The notes under the pieces are model-generated. The model was given only the letters and a program-made list of their open reading frames with translations. It had not been told where the DNA came from and ran no database searches. From Armatimonadota bacterium (lineage in GTDB: Bacteria > Sysuimicrobiota > Sysuimicrobiia > Sysuimicrobiales > Humicultoraceae): 11,291 bases of DNA. This document shows positions 4,848-11,291 of this stretch, one piece after another. Made by a program: the position numbers and the translations under genes. The stretch is taken from assembly GCA_037446215.1 (NCBI GenBank), contig JBBIJB010000071.1, positions 1 through 11,291 of the forward strand. The letters run 5' to 3'. The first letter of the stretch is position 1; the number at the start of each line of letters is the position of its first letter.

Positions 4848-6944
4848 TTGAAGCGCTTCGGGCCTGATCGGATTCGCAACGTCGCGGTGGTGGGGCATGG
4901 CGGAACGGGCAAGACATCGCTGGTGGAGGCATTGCTGTTCAGGTCCGGTGCCATCGACAGGCTGGGCCGCGTGGACGATGGAAACACGACGACCGATTTC
5001 GACCCGGAGGAGATCCGGCGGAAGCACACGATAAACGCCTCCCTGGCGCCGGTCGAGTGGAACGCGACCAAGGTGAACCTGATAGACACGCCGGGATACC
5101 CGGACTTCATCGCGGAGATGGTCGGTGCCCTTCGCGTGTGCGAGAGCGCGATCGTCGTTGTAGACGCGCGCTCGGGCGTCGAGGTCCAGACGGAGCAGGC
5201 GTGGGCGCGGGCCGACGAGCACGCGCTTGCGCGAATGGTGGTCGTCAGCCGTATGGACCGGGAGAACGCGAACTACGACGGCGTCCTCGACGAGCTGCGC
5301 TCACGCTACGGGACCCGGATAGTCCCTGTGCAGATCCCCCTGGGAGCGGAGGCTGCGTTTTCCGGCGTCGTGGACCTGGTGGCTATGAAGGCGTACGTCC
5401 ACCGCGACGGGAAGGATCTCGAGGAGGAGGTCCCCGAGACCCTGATCGACGTCGCACGGGCGGCCCGCGAGCGGCTGATGGAGGCAGCGGCCGAGAGCGA
5501 CGACTCCCTTGTCGAGAAGTACCTCGAGAGCGGCCAGTTGAGCGACGAGGATCTGAACGCGGGCCTGGTCGCGGGGACGAAGGCCGGGAAGATAGTGCCG
5601 GTGCTGGTCGCCGCCCCCACAAAGCTCATAGGAGTCGGGCAGGTCCTCGGCGCGATCTGCACGCTCATGCCCTCGCCTGCCGAGATGGGGAGGGTGGTCG
5701 GCACCCATCCGCGAAACGGCGAGGAGGTAGGGGTGGAGCCCGGCGAGACCGGCGCGTTCGCCGCCCTGGTCTTCAAGACAATGGCGGATCCCTACGTGGG
5801 CCGGCTGTCGTACTTTCGCGTCTACGGAGGCGTGTTCGAGTCGGACTCCCAGGTGATGAACGCCACCCAGGACAAGCCCGAGCGGATAGGACAGCTCTAC
5901 TTCCTTCGCGGCAAGAGCCAGGAGGCGACCCCGCAGGTAGGAGCTGGTGACTTCGGAGCCGTGGCCAAGCTCTCCGACACGGCCACCGGCGACACCCTCT
6001 GCGGCAAGGAGCAGCCCTTGCGGCTCGCACCCATCGCGTTCCCGAAGACGGCGATCGCGATGGCCATCGATCCCAAGAGCAAGGCGGACGAGGACAAGAT
6101 GAGCAACGCGCTGCACCGTCTTGCCGAGGAGGACCCCACGTTCACGGTGCGGCGAGACCCCGAGATGAAGCAGACGGTGATCTCCGGGATGGGGGAGTCC
6201 CACCTGGAGATCATGGCGGATCGGCTGCGACGCAAGTTCGGGGTTGAGGTTACCCTATCGTTGCCGCGCGTGCCCTACAGGGAGACCGTCAGGGGCCGCG
6301 GCAAGGCCCAGGGCCGGCATGTGAAGCAGAGCGGAGGCCGGGGGCAGTACGGCGTCTGCTTCCTGGAGGTCGAGCCCATGCCCCGGGGCGGAGGGTTCGA
6401 GTTCGAGGACAAGATCTTCGGAGGCGCGATCCCCAACCAGTTCATCCCCTCTGTCGAGAAGGGCGTGCGCAAGGCACTAGAGGAAGGAGTCCTCGCGGGC
6501 TATCCGGTCGTGGACGTCAGGGTCTCCCTCGTGGACGGCAAGTACCACGATGTGGACTCGTCGGACATAGCCTTCCAACTCGCCGGGGCGGCCGGGCTGA
6601 AGGAGTCGGTGGCGCAGGCCGGCCCGATCCTTCTGGAGCCGATCCTCGAGCTTGCGGTCCGAGTCCCCGAGGACCAGATGGGCGACATCATAGGCGACCT
6701 CAACTCGAAGCGGGCGCGGATCTCGGGGATGGAGTCCCAGGGCGACGGCACGACGATCGTGAGGGCGCAGGTGCCGCAGGGCGAGCTCCTCAGGTACGCG
6801 TCTGATCTGCGGTCGGTCACGGGAGGACGGGGCTCGTTTGAGGCCACGTTCTCCCACTACGATCCTGTTCCCGCTCAGGTTTCCGACAAGCTGGTGGCCG
6901 AGGCCAGGAAGCAGAAGGAAGCGGTAGAGGGACAGCGGGCATAG
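4848..6944 (+). CDS. fusA: Elongation factor G-like GTPase (EF-G2 / second EF-G copy)
   Basis: IRNVAVVGHGGTGKT (G1), DTPG (G3), EEDPT, GMGESHLE, VPYRET, KQSGGRGQYG, DSSDIAF and LLEP give the full five-domain EF-G layout. G2 is RKHTI rather than RGITI, and there is no rpsL/rpsG/tuf context. Likely start TTG 4848 (GGAGG at 4834-4838); ATG 4842 is possible; 4782 is unlikely. Confidence 0.93.
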   Translation: MKRFGPDRIRNVAVVGHGGTGKTSLVEALLFRSGAIDRLGRVDDGNTTTDFDPEEIRRKHTINASLAPVEWNATKVNLIDTPGYPDFIAEMVGALRVCESAIVVVDARSGVEVQTEQAWARADEHALARMVVVSRMDRENANYDGVLDELRSRYGTRIVPVQIPLGAEAAFSGVVDLVAMKAYVHRDGKDLEEEVPETLIDVARAARERLMEAAAESDDSLVEKYLESGQLSDEDLNAGLVAGTKAGKIVPVLVAAPTKLIGVGQVLGAICTLMPSPAEMGRVVGTHPRNGEEVGVEPGETGAFAALVFKTMADPYVGRLSYFRVYGGVFESDSQVMNATQDKPERIGQLYFLRGKSQEATPQVGAGDFGAVAKLSDTATGDTLCGKEQPLRLAPIAFPKTAIAMAIDPKSKADEDKMSNALHRLAEEDPTFTVRRDPEMKQTVISGMGESHLEIMADRLRRKFGVEVTLSLPRVPYRETVRGRGKAQGRHVKQSGGRGQYGVCFLEVEPMPRGGGFEFEDKIFGGAIPNQFIPSVEKGVRKALEEGVLAGYPVVDVRVSLVDGKYHDVDSSDIAFQLAGAAGLKESVAQAGPILLEPILELAVRVPEDQMGDIIGDLNSKRARISGMESQGDGTTIVRAQVPQGELLRYASDLRSVTGGRGSFEATFSHYDPVPAQVSDKLVAEARKQKEAVEGQRA

Positions 6945-6985
6945 CCCTGTTCCCCCGCAACTACTAGTCTGGGGCAGCGCTTCAC

Positions 6986-8749
6986 ATGGGGAGAGGGCTG
7001 ATCTCTCCAGAGACCAAGGAGGAGATCCGCCAGCGGATAGGCCTGGTGGATCTCGTGTCGGTCCACGTCTCCCTGAAGAAGGCCGGGCGCTACTACAAGG
7101 GGCTCTGTCCGTTCCATCAGGAGAAGACGCCGTCGTTCCACGTTGACCCCGAGCGTGGGCTCTTTCACTGCTTCGGCTGTGGCGTAGGGGGCGATGCCTT
7201 CGACTTCCTGATGCGTACCGCCAACATGACCTTCACGGAAGCGGTCCACGAGCTTGCTCGTCGCGCAGGGGTCGAGATAGACACGACGCCGGGGGCGGCG
7301 GCGCGGTCTTCCGAGAGAGAGGCCCTCCACAGGGTCCTGGACGCGGCGCGGGCGCACTACCAGGAGATGCTGGCCAGGCGCGGCGGGCGGGCCAAGGAGT
7401 ACATGAGCCGGCGGGGCCTGGACGACGAGGCGGCCGCGCGGTTCGGCCTGGGCTTCGCGCCGCCCGGGTGGGACGGGTTGTTGGCCGCGCTAGGGGCGAA
7501 GCGGTATCCCGCGGAGCTGCTCGAGCAGGCAGGGCTGGCGGTGGCCAGGCCCGGAGGCGGCCACTACGACGTGTTTCGCGATCGCCTCATCTTCCCTATA
7601 GTGGACCTTCACGATCGGACGGTGGCCTTCGGCGGGCGGACCCTCGGTGACGACCAGCCGACCTACCTGAACTCCAGGGAGTCGCCCGTCTTCACCAAGG
7701 GCCGAATGCTCTACGCGCTCAGTCTGGCCCGCGACGCGATAAGGGAGTGCGGAGAGGCGCTCGTGGTCGAGGGCTACATGGACGCGATCACCTGCCACCA
7801 GTTCGGCTTCCGGAATGCGGTTGCGTCGCTGGGCACGGCCCTCACGTCGGACCAGATTGCCCTGCTCCGAAGGTTCGCTCCCCGGGTCGTACTGGTCTAC
7901 GATGCGGATGCGGCCGGTGAAGCGGCTGCCGAGAGGGGGCTCGCCCTGTGCGAGGAGGCCGAGCTGGCTGCGAGGGCCGCCGTCCTGCCGGCCGGGGAGG
8001 ATCCCGACGGACTCATCCGCCGGTACGGGCCTGAGGCGCTCGACCGCACTGTCCGGGCCGCAGTTCCCATGTTCGAGTACCGTATCGCACAAGCCGAGAA
8101 GCGGCATAATCCCGACAGCCGAGAAGGGAAACTCGCGCTGGTGGATGAACTACTATCCGTTGTCCGAGCGACGATCAACCCCGTTCGCGCAGCCGAGTAC
8201 GTCCGCGTCCTGGCCGAGCGGTTTGACCTGCCCGAAGAAGCTCTCCGGCAGAGGCTGCGGGCAAGGGGCCGGAGAGGAAGGCCTCCGGCCGGCGAGGGGG
8301 TGACGGTTGCTCCCGCCGGAGACCGAGCCCGTGAGGAGGCCGAGCGCCTCCTCGTGCATCTGATGGTGCACGAACCCAGCCGGCGGGAGGCAGTGGCCGA
8401 GGGTCTGACGGCCGACTCTTTCGGGAACCCGACTCATCGGGCTCTGGCCGCCGCGCTACTCGGAGGGCACGCTGCGGGCATAGGGGAGCTGAGGGAGGAG
8501 TTGGACGAGGATGCCGCCGCGCTGCTTACGCGGCTGGCATTCGAGCCGCCGCCCGCGGCCGAGCGCGACAGAGAGAGGGCGGCAGCGGAGGCCCTGCGCT
8601 ACCTGTCGCAGGTCCAACCGGCGGCCGTCGAGCGCGAGCGTGTTTGGGAGGAGTTGAAGGCGGCGCAGGCCCGCGGGGATGAGGCCGAGGTGCGCCGGCT
8701 GCAAGCGCAATACGCGGCGCTAATAGCGAACGGGCGGCGGCTGAGGTAG
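6986..8749 (+). CDS. dnaG: DNA primase, 587 aa
   Basis: Zn finger [11 protein letters not shown]...[50 protein letters not shown] and DPD; directly upstream of rpoD. Confidence 0.98.
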   Translation: MGRGLISPETKEEIRQRIGLVDLVSVHVSLKKAGRYYKGLCPFHQEKTPSFHVDPERGLFHCFGCGVGGDAFDFLMRTANMTFTEAVHELARRAGVEIDTTPGAAARSSEREALHRVLDAARAHYQEMLARRGGRAKEYMSRRGLDDEAAARFGLGFAPPGWDGLLAALGAKRYPAELLEQAGLAVARPGGGHYDVFRDRLIFPIVDLHDRTVAFGGRTLGDDQPTYLNSRESPVFTKGRMLYALSLARDAIRECGEALVVEGYMDAITCHQFGFRNAVASLGTALTSDQIALLRRFAPRVVLVYDADAAGEAAAERGLALCEEAELAARAAVLPAGEDPDGLIRRYGPEALDRTVRAAVPMFEYRIAQAEKRHNPDSREGKLALVDELLSVVRATINPVRAAEYVRVLAERFDLPEEALRQRLRARGRRGRPPAGEGVTVAPAGDRAREEAERLLVHLMVHEPSRREAVAEGLTADSFGNPTHRALAAALLGGHAAGIGELREELDEDAAALLTRLAFEPPPAAERDRERAAAEALRYLSQVQPAAVERERVWEELKAAQARGDEAEVRRLQAQYAALIANGRRLR

Positions 8750-8775
8750 GGCAGGCCGCTCGGCAGAAGGACGAC

Positions 8776-9888
8776 ATGGCCAAGAAGAAGGCGTCGGAAT
8801 CCGGGCACGCGACCGAGGAGCTCTCGCCCGAGCTGAAGGCTCTGGTTGACCTCGGCCGTGGGCGCGGCTACCTGACCCACGACGACATCCTCGATCATTT
8901 CCCGGATATCGAGCGCAACGTAGATCAGGTCGACAGGCTGTACTCGATAATGGCCGAGCACGGCATCGAAGTGGTCGAGGAGGCCAGGGAGGCCGAGGCA
9001 AAGGCCAAGCCGGAGCAGGAGGAGGGGCCCGAGACCGCCCTCAAGGCACCGGAGGGGATCTCCCTCGATGATCCTGTCCGGATGTACCTCAAGGAGATCG
9101 GCAAGGTCGCCCTGCTCACCCAGCCGCAGGAGGTATCTCTCGCCCAGCGGATGGAGAAGGGGGACGAGGAGGCCAAGCGGCGGCTGATTGAGGCCAACCT
9201 CCGTCTGGTGGTCTCGATAGCCAAGAAGTACGTGGGGAGAGGGATGCTGTTTCTCGACCTGATCCAGGAGGGTAACCTGGGGCTCATCCGGGCGGTCGAG
9301 AAGTTCGACTGGAGGAAGGGGTACAAGTTCAGTACCTACGCGACCTGGTGGATCCGTCAGGCGATCACGCGAGCGCTGGCCGATCAGGCCCGAACGATTC
9401 GGATCCCGGTCCACATGGTTGAGACAATAAACAAGCTGGTGCGGGTCTCGAGGCAGCTGCTCCAGGAGCTGGGGCGTGAGCCCAACCCCGAGGAAGTCGC
9501 CCTGGCGATGGGGATGCCGGTGGAGCGCGTGCGCGAGATCAACAAGATCGCGCAGGAGCCGATCTCGCTGGAGACTCCCATCGGTGAAGAGGAGGACAGC
9601 CACCTCGGGGACTTCATCGAGGATCATGATGCGCTGGCACCGGCCGAGGCCGCCTCGTTCACCATGCTCAAGGAGCAGCTCGAGGGCGTTCTCGACACCC
9701 TGACCCCGCGCGAGCGGAAGGTGTTGAAGCTTCGGTTCGGTCTGGACGACGGCCGGCCCCGCACACTCGAGGAGGTCGGCCGGGAGTTCAGCGTCACGCG
9801 CGAGCGCATCCGGCAGATAGAGGCGAAGGCGCTGCGTAAGCTCCGGCATCCAAGCCGCAGCAAGCGGCTCAAGGACTTCATCGAGTAG
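8776..9888 (+). CDS. rpoD: RNA polymerase primary sigma factor RpoD/SigA, 370 aa
   Basis: Region 1.1 ([12 protein letters not shown]), [58 protein letters not shown] and [16 protein letters not shown]. Short SigA type without the large non-conserved insert. SD AAGGA. Confidence 0.99.
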   Translation: MAKKKASESGHATEELSPELKALVDLGRGRGYLTHDDILDHFPDIERNVDQVDRLYSIMAEHGIEVVEEAREAEAKAKPEQEEGPETALKAPEGISLDDPVRMYLKEIGKVALLTQPQEVSLAQRMEKGDEEAKRRLIEANLRLVVSIAKKYVGRGMLFLDLIQEGNLGLIRAVEKFDWRKGYKFSTYATWWIRQAITRALADQARTIRIPVHMVETINKLVRVSRQLLQELGREPNPEEVALAMGMPVERVREINKIAQEPISLETPIGEEEDSHLGDFIEDHDALAPAEAASFTMLKEQLEGVLDTLTPRERKVLKLRFGLDDGRPRTLEEVGREFSVTRERIRQIEAKALRKLRHPSRSKRLKDFIE

Positions 9889-10017
9889 ACAGGTCCGCTC
9901 CGACCGTACCCCGCTGAAGGCGCGCTCGCACTTCCGGAGCACCGCGCACACGCTACGGCGGGTTGGCCTGCAACCTGCGGCGCCAGGATTGGGCGCCGCG
10001 GCAGAATGGGGGAGCGC

Positions 10018-11274
10018 ATGACACACGATGTTCGGACTCTAGGCCTGGCCCCCGAGGGGCTGAGGCGCATCGCTTGGGCAGAGCGGGAGATGCCGGTGCT
10101 TCGGCTGATCCGGGAGCGGTTCACTCGGGAGAAGCCGCTTGCGGGCCGGCGCATCGCCGCGTGCCTGCACGTCACGACCGAGACAGCGGCCCTCGTGCTG
10201 ACGCTTCGCGCCGGAGGGGCCCAGGTGACGCTGTGTGCAAGCAACCCGCTCTCCACCCAGGATGATGTTGCCGCGGCCCTGGCAGCCGAGTACGGGATGG
10301 GCGTCTATGCGGTCCGAGGTGAGGATCGCGACACCTACTACCGCCACATCCATCAGGCGCTGGATCTGAGGCCGCACATCACCATGGACGACGGCGCCGA
10401 CCTCGTGTCGACGATTCACGGGGAGCGGACCGATCTGGTGGAGGGTGTCCTCGGAGGGACCGAGGAGACCACCACGGGGGTCATTAGGTTGCGCGCGATG
10501 GCCCGCGACGGCGCCCTGCGCTACCCGATCATCGCCGTCAACGATGCGAAGACCAAGCACCTCTTCGACAACCGCTACGGGACCGGGCAGTCCACAATCG
10601 ACGGGCTGCTCCGCGCCACCAACATCCTGCTGGCCGGCCGCGCGGTGGTCGTCTGCGGCTACGGATCCTGCGGTCGAGGCGTCGCCATGAGGGCGCGCGG
10701 GATGGGCGCTCGCGTCATAGTGACCGAGGTCTCGCCGCTCCACGCCCTGGAGGCGCTGATGGACGGCTATCAGGTGATGCCGATCGCAGAGGCCGCCCAG
10801 GCCGGCGAGGTCTTCGTGACCGTAACCGGCAACAGCGGGGTCCTGCGCGGTGAGCACTTTGGGTTGATGCGTGACGGCGCCATCCTGGCAAACAGCGGCC
10901 ACTTCAACGTCGAGATAGAGATCCCGGCGCTCGAGGCGGCCTCGGTGGGCCGGAGGGAGGCGCGCCAGCACGTTGAGGAGTTCAGGCTTGCGGACGGCCG
11001 AAGGATCTACCTGCTGGCCGAGGGCAGGCTGCTGAACCTCGCGGCCGCAGAGGGGCACCCGGCCGCTGTGATGGACATGTCGTTCGCCAACCAGGCTCTC
11101 TGCGCGGCGCATCTTGCGGCCTCGGGCACCGGCATGGAGCGCACGGTCCACCCCGTGCCTGGCCAGATAGACGAGGCTGTCGCGCTGCTGAAGCTTGAAG
11201 CCTCTGGCGTCTCCATAGACGCCCTGACGGAGGCACAGGAGCGCTACCTTCGCTCGTGGCAGGAGGGTACCTAG
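10018..11274 (+). CDS. ahcY: Adenosylhomocysteinase (SAH hydrolase)
   Basis: [77 protein letters not shown] and [12 protein letters not shown]-terminus SWQEGT of the short Thermotoga/archaeal-like type. ATG 10018 preferred because GGGGGAG lies upstream; ATG 10006 is the alternative. Confidence 0.98.
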   Translation: MTHDVRTLGLAPEGLRRIAWAEREMPVLRLIRERFTREKPLAGRRIAACLHVTTETAALVLTLRAGGAQVTLCASNPLSTQDDVAAALAAEYGMGVYAVRGEDRDTYYRHIHQALDLRPHITMDDGADLVSTIHGERTDLVEGVLGGTEETTTGVIRLRAMARDGALRYPIIAVNDAKTKHLFDNRYGTGQSTIDGLLRATNILLAGRAVVVCGYGSCGRGVAMRARGMGARVIVTEVSPLHALEALMDGYQVMPIAEAAQAGEVFVTVTGNSGVLRGEHFGLMRDGAILANSGHFNVEIEIPALEAASVGRREARQHVEEFRLADGRRIYLLAEGRLLNLAAAEGHPAAVMDMSFANQALCAAHLAASGTGMERTVHPVPGQIDEAVALLKLEASGVSIDALTEAQERYLRSWQEGT

Positions 11275-11291
11275 CCGTCCCAGGGGGTTTC

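Noticed and set aside
5057..6203. Two ~300-aa ORFs (5057..5950 +, 5301..6203 -) and other short overlapping ORFs
   Set aside because: Alternative frames inside well-supported genes; Arg/Gly/Pro-rich or antisense artefacts.
6921..6985. Terminator between fusA and dnaG
   Set aside because: An imperfect hairpin spans the fusA stop, but it has no U-tract.
9889..10017. SAH riboswitch upstream of ahcY
   Set aside because: The core GAGGAGCG..UGC / AGGCUC / pseudoknot elements were not found.
8599..10026. 475-aa minus-strand ORF
   Set aside because: Antisense shadow of rpoD, typical of high-GC codon bias; no recognisable motifs.
10039..11151. 370-aa minus-strand ORF
   Set aside because: Antisense shadow of ahcY.

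Overview
High-GC bacterial window with two parts. Left (minus strand): two tandem paralogous clan GH-A glycoside hydrolase genes with predicted signal peptides. One is complete (672..1898). The other runs off the window edge (<1..500) and is missing from the ORF track. The complete gene sits directly below a c-di-GMP-I (GEMM-I) riboswitch (~1902..2000) whose closing helix extends over the ribosome-binding site, suggesting a translational OFF switch. The second paralog's leader looks like a decayed or variant copy of the same regulatory region. Right (plus strand): housekeeping run hup - terminator - class I lysS - multiply deleted D-2-hydroxyacid dehydrogenase pseudogene - EF-G2-like GTPase - dnaG - rpoD - ahcY. 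Best candidate for a new system: c-di-GMP-repressed secreted polysaccharide hydrolases, possibly for biofilm matrix remodelling or dispersal (inference). All calls are by eye; no searches or folding programs were run. No mobile element, CRISPR, tRNA or rRNA was seen.
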